Translations under genes and position numbers: made by a program
The notes under the pieces: generated by a model
Seen by the model: only the letters and a program-made list of their open reading frames with translations
Database searches by the model: none
Told to the model about the DNA's origin: nothing
Shown here: positions 38,667 to 51,900 of the stretch, piece by piece
How the letters are laid out: every line of letters starts with the position of its first letter
Position numbering within the stretch: the first letter of the stretch is position 1
DNA from: a virus
Taxonomy: Duplodnaviria; Caudoviricetes
DNA: 64,000 bases
Virus record (IMG/VR): IMGVR_UViG_3300031949_001696
Direction: 5' to 3' (one strand)

Positions 38667-40447
38667 GAGCTTCCAAGTCACGGATAGTGTCCCTCGATCC
38701 GTACTAGTTCGTTCGCGAAGATCCGCTCGCCGATGCAGTTGTCGCAGACAGGACTCGCGGGGGCCGTCGGCGCATTCTTCACGAAGCGGTACAAGGCGCA
38801 GTCGTAGCCGGACGATCCGTAGTGGCCCTTCACGAGCCACTCGCCGACCGTGATCGACGGTGGCTGTTCGTGCCGGTTCGGGGCGCTCTCAAATTTCTTG
38901 GCCGTCTCTTCGGTGGCTTGAAAGACCGAAGCAGTGCAGTCGGCACCCTGCGTTCGCGTCTCGAAGGGAACGACGGCACGGTGCCGATTGCCGCACCAGG
39001 CGCAGACGACGGGGCGCGGAAACTGCGGTGATACGCCGATGAGGTCGTCGACGGCGACGCCAATGCGCTCGCGTACGGCCTCGAACGTCGCGTCGACCGC
39101 GTTCCACTTGAGTGGTAGTGGAGGCACGCTGTCGCGCAGGTCGCCGGCAATCTCGCTCGCCCCGTCGCCCAGGCGCTGGATCTCCTCCAGCAGCCGATGG
39201 TGCTGGGGCTCCGTCAGTTTCGATCCGTCGATCATCACGAGGTAGATCATGATCAATCCGATCATGCGTCGCGGAGGGTGCGCACGAGCGCGGTCGCGAA
39301 CTCCGTGGCGAGAAGCGAGTCGTCGGCGAGCACGAGTTTGCCGAGCGCGTCGCCGCATAGCTTCTCGATCCGCTCTCGGATGGGACCGGGGGCTCGAACT
39401 TGTTCGAACACGACCTCGCGCGCGACCTGCTGGATCGCGTCGTTGAACGCGTCTCGTAGCGGACTCGTGCGCGCGCCGTAGACGCCGTGACCCGAGGGTT
39501 TCTCTTCCAAGAGCGCGGCGATCGCGTTCTTGATCAGGTGCTCGCGCTTCTGGTCATCGAGCGACTTGTACATCGCCTCGATCACGCGCGCCTTCATCGC
39601 GGTGTCGTCCGTCATTACAGAAGCCTCCGAAATTCCGTCGTGGTGTGAATCCAGCCATCGTCGCATTCGATTTGCACGACGATCGCGTTGTCATCGCCGA
39701 TTCCGACGGTGACGATCCGGCCGATCAGCTTCCGTGTTTCATCGTGCAACGGCCCCTGTTTCTCGACGAGGGCCTCGACGCGTGTACCGATCAGCTCGGT
39801 GACGACGCGCGGACGGATGGAGCTGTCTCCAGTCATACAGCCTCCTTGCTGCCGCGCGCGATCGCGTCGGCCGTGGGCATGGGATCGTCGAGGTAGCCGC
39901 TGCCGTCGCAGCGCGCAGGGGGCAACGACGCGATCCACCAGCAGCTCTTCTCCTTCGAGTCTGGCGGCTCGAAGCAAAAGCCGATCCGGCGGTGCTCGTA
40001 CACCAGCTCGACGTGGGTCTCCCCGCCGGCCAGCGTGGTGTAGTGGAGATCGAGGAGCTTCACGGGGCTTCCTCGGTGTTGAAGTCGAAGCCGTGCAGCT
40101 CCGCGAACGTGTCGTCCCAGAAGCGCGTGACGATCTCGTGGGGCGTCGGTTTCTTGGTCGTCGTTAACCGGATGCCGATACCGTCGAGCTCGCGCACGGT
40201 GTGCCAGCGCCAGAACGTGCGCGTCGCACCGTCACGAGAGACACGGAATTTGACGGCCCAGGTGCCGGGATTGTTCGTGGCTTGGTCCTGGTGGGGTTTC
40301 ACGTCGACGATTCTGACGGTGATCATGTGCTCTTCTCCTTGTGCGCTCCGCGCTCCTCTCGTTTTCAGTTGGCGCATCGGTGCTCCTGACATTCTTGGGA
40401 ACTCGCGAAGTACGTCAGGCACGTCTGGCAGACGCGACGGTCGAAGC

Positions 40448-41248
40448 ATGCTTATCCGGTTGTCGCCCAATCACTTGGCAACCCGTCGATCAATAACCAC
40501 GGTCGCACCGCAGCGCTGGCAGTAGTTCTCACCGTCGCGCACGCTGCATTCGCCGCGCTCCTGGCACGACTTGAAGCACCCGCGCACGAAACCTTGAAGG
40601 AAGGCCAGATTGAGGCGCTTGCACTCCTCCTTGTATCTAGCCCAGTCGCTCTGCATTCCTACGACGGAGCCCCACGGTCCACGGAGCACAGGGCCGCCGG
40701 TCATCGACTGCTCACCGACGTCGAATGCCTCCATCTCGATTCGCTCAAGCTTTCGTTCGCCGCTCAAGACGAGATGCACGACTGCGTTGTTCCATTCGGT
40801 CTCGATGGCCGGCTTTGTGTGGTTATCGGTCACTTGCAAGCTCCTTGGGTTAGCACCCATCGATCATCCCGCCTTACGCCGAAGCGTGAACATTCCAGGT
40901 CTAAGCTGGACGCGCTCATAGTCCGGGTTCAGGTATTCGACGCACTTTCCACCACACGGCGGGCATAGCGTTTCATCCTGCGTTCTGGAGCTGATAAGCT
41001 CATCCGCGTTATACGAGGACGAGTGGAGGTAGCCGAATGTCTGCGTGCAGCAGCAACATTTTCCAACGCCTCCCCACCAGCCACCTTGCGGAAGTTGACT
41101 CCCGCCAATTGGGCGACCATGCGGGCATGCCACGACGCTCATGCGGCTCCTTGGGTGATAAGCGGAAGTTGACTCCCGCCAATTGGGCGACCATGCGGGC
41201 ATGCCACGACGCTCATGCGGCTCCTTGGGTGATAACCGGACAGTCATG
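40448..41248. mobile_element. TIR-bounded cargo cassette 3 (two lower-GC Cys-rich ORFs)
   Basis: ATGCTTATCCGGTTGTCGCCCAA ... TTGGGTGATAACCGGACAGTCATG; flanked by GGTCGAAGC (40439-40447, 41249-41257). Confidence 0.75.
41088..41235. repeat. Perfect 74-bp tandem duplication
   Basis: 41088-41161 identical to 41162-41235. Confidence 0.95.
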
Positions 41249-44200
41249 GGTCGAAGCACGCGTTGCACATCTCGAAGCGCACCGTGCCGTCCTTGCGACG
41301 CACGGTCGCGCGTTCGTCAGCCAGGGCGCAGGTGCATGCACATTGTACAGCGCTCATCGATCTGCCCCCTTCGCGGCGGATCGCCGCGCTGCCAGCTCGT
41401 CGAGCGCGCGGACGAGCAGCGTGTCTCCCGACGTCGTCGAAGCGCGCAGGAAGCCCAGCTCGGCGTCGGTGAGGAAGTCCGTGTCCGCGTTCTCCGCGTG
41501 CTGGACGATCTCGGTCTTCGCGGCCTCCGATCGCGGCCGACCGTCGTCCTGGTCGCAGCCGTGCCCGCGATGCCAGTCGCGCCAGTGGCCCACGAACCAT
41601 GGCGGCGTGTGATCGGTGCAGGACTTGGACACCGCTTGCTCCGTCATCGAGGCCCCCTGACCACGGCTGCGTGGTTTTTCGCTCGGTCTTCTCGTCGTCG
41701 TCGCAAAAGATACGCGACGGCGCCGCTGCACGGCGGGCAGAGGTGTCCGTGAGCGTGCTGCGTGCAACCTGACTCCTCGGGCTCGGGCTCCGGTGCCCCG
41801 AAGATCATGCCAACAACAGAGGTGATGGCGGAGTCGACGACATGTTGTCGGCTCATCGAAAATTCGACGACATAGAGGATCTCCGCGCCACAGCCGACGC
41901 ACGCACTCTTGAGGCGTATTCCGTCCGCGTTCACGTCGACGACGGGTTGATCAGTTTTCAGCATGTAGTTGTCATCCGCGGTGCGCCAATTCCTTAGCAG
42001 CCATTACGTGCGTTCAGGATCTCGGCGCAGCGGGCGCGCGCGGCAAGCTTGGACTGCGATGGAAACGGCCGCCGTTCCCCGAGCGCGACTGAGATCGTGG
42101 TGTAGGTCAAGCCATGAAACGGCAACACTCGCCGCAGCTCGCGAAGCTGATCATCGGTGATCGTATCGGCGGTCAGCATTTGATCTCCCTTGGGTGTCAA
42201 TCGGATAAGCACGGTTAGTTCCAATCACTCACCAGCCACCAGGCTGCCTTCTGACCGTCGATCTTGATGCCCATCGCCGCGCAGAATTCGGCGAGCGCGG
42301 CGTCCCAGGCGGGATCCACGGCCAGCGAAGTGATTTCGTTCATGTCGCCACGGTTGCTGATCGTTCGCGACGCCTGCACGGCCACGTAGGGCATTGGGCA
42401 CTCGCCCGAGCAGTGCGTGTCGATCAAGCACGTGGCCTCTTCGACGAGCTTTCGCTTCGCGGCCCAGTACGCCGTGTGCTGGTCGATGATCGCCTGCTCT
42501 TCGGCGCTGTAGTCCGTTGGCGTCGAGTTCCAGCCGTTCTCGCGCGTGGGCGTGACCATGCGTGCGGGGAACGGTGTGCTCGGCGGCAGGCAGCCCTTCG
42601 TGCGGGCGTAGCGTCCCTCCCAGTCGTCGTCGGGATCGATCTCCCACGGGCGTGAGGTCTCGTCGTCCCAGCAGTAGCCGTAGAACAGGATCGCGTCGGT
42701 TGACGTACCCATATCAGAGCCTCCTCTCCACCAGATCAACACCGAGCTCGTCCGGGACCTCGCCTGCCATGTGCAGCGGCTCCTCGAACTCGATCGCGCG
42801 CATACTGCACCGACCGATAGGTTCGCCGAACGCCTTGATCGTGTAGAGCTGTCCACGCCAGCTCACGCGATCGCCGACGTGGATCGCGCGGCCCGCACTG
42901 TCCTGCGGATCTCTCATAGTGATGATTTCTCCGTCGATGGTGGCGGCGGCACTTCGACGATGCGGAAGCCGCCCTCTTCGGGGATCAGCGCCACGTACTT
43001 TTTCGCCTTGATGATGGGGCCCGGATCGGTGCCGAGCGGCAAGAACGGCCATGTCTGCGTCACGACCAGCGCCGACCGCGCGAAACCATCGACATCGAGG
43101 TCGCACCATCCGACGACCTCGGGTCGGCATGGTCCGCCGAGAGCAGAGATCAGGGCGCGGTATGCGTCGTGGCCCTGTCCTTCCATCCCATAGCAGACGA
43201 CACCGTGGCAGCCGTGCGCCGCGGTCTTGAGCGGTAGCTTGGGCCGCTTCTCCTCGACGAAGCCGCGCCCCGCGGCGACGGCCTGCCGGGCCCAGGCCGG
43301 TTCGATCGGCTCCGTCGAGACGACTGAACCCGGACCGAACAGCCGTTTCATCAGCTCTGCCGTCGCGCCGTTTGGTGGATCGCCCTCGGGCCACAGCAGC
43401 ATCTCGACGAATGCGACGATCTGGAGCCCGAAGGCTTCGCGTGTTCCCGCCCACATCTCTGGCCGTGCCTCCATGCGCGCGAAGCGGTCGAAGATGTGAC
43501 GCTCTGTTTGATCGTGGGTCACGGAATCTTCACCCCTGGTAGTTCCGCGAGACGTTCGCGCAAGGCGCGCAGGCGCGGGGCGTCCTCGGTCTCGTACTCA
43601 CGCCCCTTGTCGGAGGTGATCTCGTCGAGCGCGTCGATGATGGCGCAGACGTCGGCGGCCGACAGCGCGGCGCGATAGACAAAAGGTCGGGATTCGCGCC
43701 GGGTCCTGCCCTCCTCGTCCGGTCTCCACGACGGGCGTGTCTGGGCTTGTGCCCAGCCGCGGTCGTCGATCATGACGTCGGGTGACTTCAAGGGATGCTC
43801 AGATCCGGCAAGGTTTCGATCGAATTCATCCAGGCTCGAACCGCGTCCTCTTCGATGAAGACGAGGGCCGCGATCTGTGTGCTGGGGACGCGCATTTGCG
43901 CCGTGGCGCGGTACGTCTCTTGGTCGCCGCTCGCGATCACGGCGCATACGTCGAGATCGACAAACGTCGGCGAGTGTGCGTTTTCGCGGAAGTCGTACAC
44001 GTGTGCGTAGGCCGCGGCGATCTTCCGCGACGCGCACGGTGTCGTCGGAAGTCGCGGCAAGGGCTCCGGGCCGTTGAACGTGACGAGAGCCAGGCGGCTG
44101 TTCTTGTCGCCGATCATGTCTTGGGCCTCTTGGTCCTAGCCGCGACGAGCGCTCGCGACTTGTCGCCGAGACGGCGCTTGTCGGCACGACGATCGGTATC

Positions 44201-45519
44201 GGTGCGACGATCGGTCTTGCCTGTTGCACGTCCTTTGATAGGTGCACTGCTTTGAAGCTGGACCTCGGGCTTGTGCGTGCCGATGTGCTCCTCGATACCC
44301 CACGCAGCGTTGTCGACGACGGACTCGGCGACGTCGATCGCTTCCTGGCGCGACCCCGCGTCCACGTGCACACGCGCCACCTGCTGCACGTCGCGGCGGA
44401 GCGTGACCTCGTACGTTGCCGGCTTCTTCACGAGATTCCGTTCTCGCGCAGCATGAGCATCACGCCTTCGTAGAGCTTGATCTTCTTGAGCGCGGCGAAG
44501 TTGGGCCCTTGAGACAGGCACACCATTTCGACGAGCGCACGCAGGATGGCGAGGAGCACCGGCGTTGGGTGCGTGCTGGCGAGCCGCGCGACCTCTGCCT
44601 CGAGATCGCGCAGCTTCGCGTCCTGTGCGGCGACGCGCGCCCTGGCTTCGACGTTGTTCATGGGGCTTCCTCGTAGTCGCGGGTGAACAGATTGTTCTCC
44701 ATCACGATGAACTCGCCGTCGGAGTAGAGGATCCACTCGCCCGGCTCGACGCGATTGTGATCGCCGTCGGAGCGGGTCTGTAGATCGGGAAGAAGCGCGA
44801 TGGGGCCACGTGTCTCGAACATCGCGTCGTGCTTCTCGAACCACGTGGCGAACGCCTCGCGATTCGCGTCGGTATCTGTCCAGCGCATGGCTTCGACGGT
44901 GCGCTTGCAGCGATACGTCTTCACGCAGGCTCCGTGGCAGCGATGTCTTTCACGAGCGTCACGCTCTTCTGCTTACGTGGTGCGTCCGAGGCGTTGCACA
45001 GATGGAGACGCAGGCTCTCGGCAGCATCGTTTCCGACGGTGATCGGTTTGTCGAGGCGATACAGACACTGCTCTCCGCCCGTCTCGATCGCGGCATCGAT
45101 CAGCCGCGTTTCGAGTGGAACTCGACCGCCGAGGACACTGGTGATTTGAACGAGGACAAAGCCCTCGACGAGGACCTCGCGGAATGTGACCGGTCCCTGC
45201 GGGACGAATTCGGTTACGTACGCGTCACCGGGAGCGACGTCCGGGAGCGGTGGCCTGGCCGTGAGTGCGAATCCCGCGTCCCAGTCCGACACGACGAGCA
45301 CGCGAACGCACTCCGGATCAGACGCAGCATCCACGTCGACCTCCACTCGTGATCCGGCGCCGGGTCGCGTATAGATCGGCCAGGCGCTCGGTGTCAGCGA
45401 CGGAGCGGTCGCGTATCGGCGCGCTCTCGATCGTGGTGATCTCCTCGTCAATCTTGTGGAGAGGCGCGGTGGCGAGATCTCTTGGTAGCCAACGGTTCAT
45501 GAGCGAAGCAGATCGGTAA

Positions 45520-45560
45520 CACGTCTTGACTGTATAGACAATGTCTTGTAGCTGTCGAGG
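45520..45560. promoter_or_regulatory. Divergent promoter/switch region
   Basis: AT-rich; TTGACT at 45526, palindrome AGACA-A-TGTCT; gene orientation flips here. Confidence 0.6.
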
Positions 45561-45788
45561 GTGTCTTCCAGGCGAGATCTCCATGATGCTCCGGTCATGT
45601 TTCGAGCACGCAAGCGCGAATTTGCTTTGTGGAAGCGAGCGGCGCGGCGTGCGGATGAGTCGTTTTCCTTGTGGGCGCGGAAGATGCTCAACCTTGCAGC
45701 TACTCCCGCTTCCGCTCCCGTTTCACCGACGGTGACTGGCGATCAGATCGAACTTCCATTCTCAAAGGCGAAGAAGAAGTCCTTATGA
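45561..45788 (+). CDS. Ribbon-helix-helix-type regulator
   Basis: VMFRA...E...WKRAA......S.WARKML; first gene after the switch. Confidence 0.6.
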   Translation: MSSRRDLHDAPVMFRARKREFALWKRAARRADESFSLWARKMLNLAATPASAPVSPTVTGDQIELPFSKAKKKSL

Positions 45789-46291
45789 AGAGCTGGATCT
45801 ACTTCGCACGCTACGGCGAAACAGGACCGATCAAGATCGGGAGGGCCGACGATCCTCATCGACGCGTCCAAGATCTCAACGTTGCGACGCCTGTCCAACT
45901 GGTCTTGCTTGGGTCAATGTTCAGTGAACACGCCGACGCTGAGGAAGATGAAATTCATCAACGGCTTGCCGTTCACCACGTGAGAGGTGAGTGGTTTGAG
46001 GCGACGGCAGTCCTTGCAGAGATGGACAGGTCGGGTTCGCGCTTGCTCTCGCCGGATCAAGTAGTGACGTATGAATTTGAAAGTGCTTGGGCGCGAAGCG
46101 TGAACCTCAATATTCGAGTAAAGCCTGAAGAAATCACCCAGTGGCGAGCTGCGGCGCACGCACAGAACAAGCCGTTGTCCGCATGGGTACGCGACCTGCT
46201 GAACCCAATGGTTGAAGCCAAGGCTGAAGTCAGAGCTGAAGTCGAAGCCGATGTTGATTCTGATGACGTCGACGCTGGAACAATAACGTGA
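45785..46291 (+). CDS. T5orf172/MUG113 (GIY-YIG-like) domain fused to RHH
   Basis: IYF...PIKIG...P..R...L, E..IH..L.....GEWF; LNIRV..EE...W..AA......LS.WVR. Confidence 0.8.
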   Translation: MKSWIYFARYGETGPIKIGRADDPHRRVQDLNVATPVQLVLLGSMFSEHADAEEDEIHQRLAVHHVRGEWFEATAVLAEMDRSGSRLLSPDQVVTYEFESAWARSVNLNIRVKPEEITQWRAAAHAQNKPLSAWVRDLLNPMVEAKAEVRAEVEADVDSDDVDAGTIT

Positions 46292-48895
46292 AGGGTGCCC
46301 CGCTCACCGTCCCGGAGGCCCACGCGGTCCTTAGTGCTGACGAGGCGCTCTCTTCGATGCCGAACGTTTGGCCGGACGTTGCCTGGCGCGAGGCGTGGAT
46401 CAAGCTCGTCGAAAGTGCGACTGATCGGATCGCTGCGTTCGAGGGCACACGGAGGCCGTCATGATGATGTCCGTCCTCGCGTGCCGCGAAGGATCGACCT
46501 GGGTCGTGCAGGCGATCGAGCAGGACGTCGCCTCTCAGGGAGAATCGCTGCTCGGCGCGCTCATCGACCTCGGCCGCATGTTCGATGCGCGAGATCTCTT
46601 GCTCGCCTCCGAGGACAACGTCGCTCCGCATCCACGGGCACCTGCCGAGTACGAGAGCGCGCTGAATGAAGGCCACTACGTTGGTATTTTGCCGCTCGGA
46701 TCTGTCCGCGTCGCACAGGTCTATCTCGGGATCTCACCCTTCATCACGCGGAGCATCTCCGCGCGGAGGCCCTCGTGAGCTGCTTCCAATGCGATCTGGA
46801 CATCTCGCATGTCTGCTATGCGGGCATGCCGAACGCCCGGTGGGGCTGGAACGACGAGGCGGTCGCCGCGCTTGAGGGGGCGCAGCGCCACGGTTTCATG
46901 CTGCCCGCGGAGCAGCTCCGCGCGCAGCGGCAGTCGGTGGCGAAGAAGCGGAGGACACGGTGACGGCCAAGAAGCCCCTGAAAAAAGAAGCGAAGAAATC
47001 GACGAGCAAGCGAGGTGCTGTCGAAACATCCGGGTTTGTCCAGATCCAGAGGCCGATCAACCTCCACCTCAACCTCAATCTCCGGTGCGCTCGTGATGTG
47101 CGCTCTTCCCTGGAGAGAGCGCTCGCCGGGCTAGCGCGTGACGGCGAGCCCCTGATCGCCACGCCCGCGCCCGGTCACTCCGGCGCGATGCAGCTCCGGC
47201 TCGACGCTTGTGACTTGAATGATTCGATCTATCTGTATCTGAGCCGGACACAAGCGAAGAGGCTCGTCGCCCGTCTCACAGCGCTGGAACTGAGCGTGTC
47301 GCGGTGACGGCCAAGGAGACCGTGAACAAGAAGACCAAGACGATGCTCGTCGAGCGCGATCGCACGCACTACGCGCGATCGTACGGCGATCCCGAGCGCG
47401 TTCGCGTCGAGGAGCCGCTCGCGGTCGATCTGGAATTGCCGTCGTCGTACGTCCGGGATCTGCTCGCCGCGCTCCGGCGCGTGCTCGCGGCGGGGGACGA
47501 GTTCGATCAGGCATTGATCGCGGTCGACGTGCCGATGCGCCTCTACCTCCGGCCCTTGCAGGTCGAGCAGCTCGTCGAGAGGCTCGCGGAGGTCACGCGA
47601 TGATTGTCATCGGCTGCGATTGCGGATGGAAGTCGGACGCTCCGAGTCGTCGTCAGGCCGAGGTCGCGATCGACGAGCATCGGCGCCTTCACTGCACACG
47701 GGAGCGGATCTGTACGATCTGTGCGGACGTCGCGCTCGGGGCGATGCGCGAGCTGGACGTGGGCAAGCCGGCCGTTTTCGTATGCGATGACTGCCACGAC
47801 GAGCATCCACGCAGCGGACGCTACGGCTTCGACGACGCCGGTGCGCCGAGCCGGGTTTCCGACGGGCGGACACCCAGGAGGGGGCCGTGAAGATCATCCG
47901 CGTCGACAACTTCGATCGAGAGCGTCTGGGTCTTTCGGATGATGTGCTGATCGCCGAGAGCGTTTCCGAGCATTACGTCGAGACGATGGTGTGGGCTTTG
48001 AACGCGAAGTTCTGTCCGAATCCAAACGACGAGTATCACTTCAAGGCGGTACCCGACAACTACGAGCTGCGGAAGTACGTGCCGTGAAGCTCCAGGCTCG
48101 CTGGATTGGCCCGCCGCCGCGGGTCGGCGACTACCTCATGTCCGAGGTCCGGCCGCGCTACGCGTACCGCATCGAGCGGGTGACCCTCGCGTTCCCGAAC
48201 GTCCACTGGGATCAGAAGGCCAAGGCGGAAGTCCGCCTGTTGAAGATCGTTGTCGATCGGATCGTGGCGAGTGGCGTTCCGCGCGACGCGCGGATCCATC
48301 CCTGGAAGTGGGATCGTCGCGAGGCGCGGGCGGCTTCGCAGAGGAGGCAGGCGTGACTCTCAAAGCAAGCGACGTGCTGTCGGCAAATTTCCGCGCATCC
48401 CGCGACCACGCGACGATCAAGGCGAACCGCGAGCTATTGCGAGCAGCGGCTGTCGAGGCGCACGCGACCCTCGCGATGGTGCAAGCGCTATCGCAGACGA
48501 ATCACGCATTGTGTGATCACGAAGGCTCCCGCGGCTACACCGATCGTAGTGGCGTTGCATGCACCGATTGCCCGCACTGCGGGGGTGATTAAATGAAGAA
48601 GATCCTGACCTGCGCCGAGCTAAAGGCGACATGCGACAAGCTCACGCCAGAGCAGCTCGTGCAGCCCGTCGTGTGGAGCGGCGACGAACGTGGCGGACAC
48701 GTGCGACACGTATGGATCTCCGAGGAAGATTGGATCGGAGAGCCGCGTGATCCCGAGACGTGGGTGCCGCGCAGCCACGTCTGTAGTGCAGTCGACGCTG
48801 ACGACTACAAGGATGCACGTGTGTGTCTGCCCGCGGGCACCGTTCACTTGTTGGTGGACTAGGCAGGGCTCAAACATGCTCCAAACACAAAGAAG

Positions 48896-48931
48896 ATCGT
48901 GCTCGCTTTTCGCGGGTACGTGGATTGAAAC
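48896..48931 (+). repeat. Solitary CRISPR-repeat-like unit (type I-C-like)
   Basis: ATCGTGCTCGC-TTTTC-GCGGGTACG-TGGATTGAAAC: 9-bp stem plus canonical 3' ATTGAAAC; no second copy seen. Confidence 0.6.
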
Positions 48932-51900
48932 ACCATGAAGGCAAAGACGAAACAACGCACCACCAAGATCCGCGTTTTGGACGAGATCTGGCGCGTGCCG
49001 CGTGGCTTCGGCGCGGTGTACCGCCGCGTGCTCAAGGACCACTTCGCGCTGATCGCGGCCGGTGAACCCGGCAAGCTCATTTCCGAGGTGATCGATCTGC
49101 TCACGCTGGTCGGCTACGACGCGACCCGCGAGCAAGTCGCCGACTGGGATCTTCGCAAGCGTGTCGAGGCGGTGATCTACGCGGCGAACGAGTACGCGCG
49201 CGCATCGGACAACCCCGTACAGCGTTATCCGCGGCCGAGCTGGCTACCCGATCAGCCGTGGCAGGGACCGCCCGCGGACACGAGCCATATCAGGGCCGAT
49301 CTGCGCGGCGTGTTCGCCGGGCCGAGCGGGACACCGATCGCGGAGGCGTCGCGATGACTCTGAAGAATTTCACAGATCCGTCGATGACGGTGGATGCCTA
49401 TCCCGCGATGCGCGTGGGTGATCGACAGATCGAGGTCCGTGGCGAGCATCTGTTCGTCGTCACGGCCACGAAAGAGCTGGGCTGCGACACGGGCCGTCGC
49501 CGTTATCGCGTGATCTGTCGTTCATGCGACGTCGTCGTTCACCCCGCGACGACGGGACCGCGGCAGAACATGAAATCCCATCTGCGCGAGGTCGCTGAAT
49601 TCGGCGTCGCAGAGCCGTATCCCGGGGAGCAGTCGTATCCCCACGAGAAGATCGACACCCCATCCGAGGACAAGTCTTGAAGATCAAAATCAAGGTTGAT
49701 GGGGGAGTCGCTGAACTCGCCGACGATCAGATCGTCGAAGAATTCACATGGCACAACATGCGGGACTCTAATCACTGCCGCATGGTTCGGCGAAAGATCT
49801 TCGAGGAGGTGCTCGTGCTCGCACGAGCTGGTCAAGCGGATCCGAAGGTGTCTGATGAAGGAAGGTCGTCGTGACAAAGCACTACGCGAAGAAACGTGAA
49901 TCGATCCGCACCGTGCAGTGGACGGGCGAGATGACTTCCGACGTGGCGGAGCTGGTCGGCCAGCGCAAGGTCCACGTCGAGGGCGATCGCCAGCTGGTGC
50001 TGGGCGCCGGCTGGTTCGCACGTGTCGGCGACTGGATCTATTCGACCTCTGGCGAGGATCTGTCCGTGATCAGCGACGAGGTGTTCCGCAACGTCTACGA
50101 GGAGGTCGACGAGACAGGGCGAGTGCTGCCGCCGACGAACGACGAGCACGAGGCTGCGGGCAAAGAGTTCGTACAGAAGCTCGATGACCTACTCGCCGCG
50201 GGTCTGCGTCTCACGCGCGAGGAGCATCGGGCCATCTTTCGCGACCGCGATCAGCTCGTGCGGTGCCTCCGTAGGCTGCTCGAAGATCATGCGTGGGTCG
50301 CCGCGCGGCGCGAGCAGGCGCGGATCCGCGAGAAGATCGCGAAGGAGTTGTGGTGAAGCAGACGCTGTGGCTCCCCGAGTGCAATCACTGCGGACGGCCG
50401 AAGGCGCCGCGCGGTCACGTTCCAGTCAAGGACTCCGAGGCCAAGGACTACTGCGCGCGCAGCTGTCTCGGGTACGAGGAGTGGCCTCATCCCAGCGAGC
50501 TGCGTGAGTGGCACGCTGCTAAGAAGCCGGATGCCGATGACGAGAGACCGTCTCTCCATCAGGCACGGCTCGGGCCGTGGGCACCCGAGGAGTTGAAGGT
50601 GCAGCTCGCCGCTATCGTCGACAGGCTCAAGGATAAGCGCTCCGTCTCGCCGCTCGATGTCATGCTCGAGCTGCTCAGCGGCGAGCTAGACGCTTTCGTC
50701 CTGTTCGCTCGGATGGGTCATCTCGATCCGCCGCGCGAGGACGGCAAGATCCCGATCGGAATCCTTCAGCGCAGGAGCGAAGATCCGGAGATCGACGCGC
50801 GGATCCGCGACACCGCGAAGACGTGGGCGGCGAAGCAGGAGAGTCGGTCGTGAGCACCTCTGCTCTTCGCACGTGTCCTGACTGTGGTCGGAGGTTCGCG
50901 ATGCTCTACATCTGCGAGCGTTGCGGTCGCTGCGACGAGCGAGATCTGCCGCGTGACGCCGACGCCGATCGTGCGGGATCATGCTGCAACGGCACGTGTG
51001 CCGCGCGCGACTGGCGTGCCGACGCGAATGCCGTCGCTCCACACATCACCGAGCAGCTGTGGATTCCCGACGTCCGCGAGGACGGCATTTACCTGATCGG
51101 CGCCGACGATCGCAGCGTCGTTCTGAAGATGGGCCGTCCCGATCGTGACAGCGATCTCCTCACGGCCGGCTACATCGCGGGACTCCAGGTGCGGCGACGG
51201 AAGGAAATGCCGTGAGCCTTCCGCCGCCGAAGTGCAAACAGCCCGACGCAATACTTCCGTCGCTCCCCTGCGATCGTCCGCCGCCTTGCGAGATTCACAA
51301 CAAGGAAGAAGCGGCGGCTGCGGCAGTCCGCAACGAGACCAATGATCTTCTCCAAAAGATCGTAGCGCGGCTCGACGAGCTGGTGCAGCTCCAGCGCAGC
51401 GCGATTCAACCAAAACCCCAACGACGAAAGAAGGCTGTGCGTGCTGCCTGAAGATCGCGTCCACGAGGCTGTGGCGAGTGCAGAGCCGGCGACTTTCCCC
51501 ACGTTCAATCGAGAGGCGCTCGCCGCGTTGCAAACGCGTGAGGTGCCGCGCGTGCGCGCGGCCGACTACTTCGATAAGAAGCCCGACGAGTCGCGCACTT
51601 CCGAAGAAGAGGCCGCGGCCGAACAGGAGATGGCTCGCTGGGACGCGTACCTGGCGAGGTTCGCCAAGCTCACCGACGCGCGGTGCCTGTGTTGCGGCAG
51701 CTCTCTGCGCTGTCCGCTCGGGCTGGGACTCATGGGCGGCTTCGAGTGGGGCCTCACGCACGGCGAGGGGCACTGCGCGAATTGCGGCTATCCGATGCGC
51801 GCGCATCACCGCGTGGAGGGCCTCGGCAAGATCCACAACCTGTTTCTGCCCTACCACCCGAGCGAGCTGTCGTTCGAGCCCAAAGAAGATCTGCGATGAC

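Larger units (their letters stand above)
27393..45519 (-). other. Leftward block of dozens of small overlapping phage hypothetical genes (many CxxC zinc-finger-like, Ead/Ea22-like)
   Basis: Chains of ATGA/GTGA-coupled short ORFs with GGAGG-type RBS on the minus strand. Confidence 0.8.
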
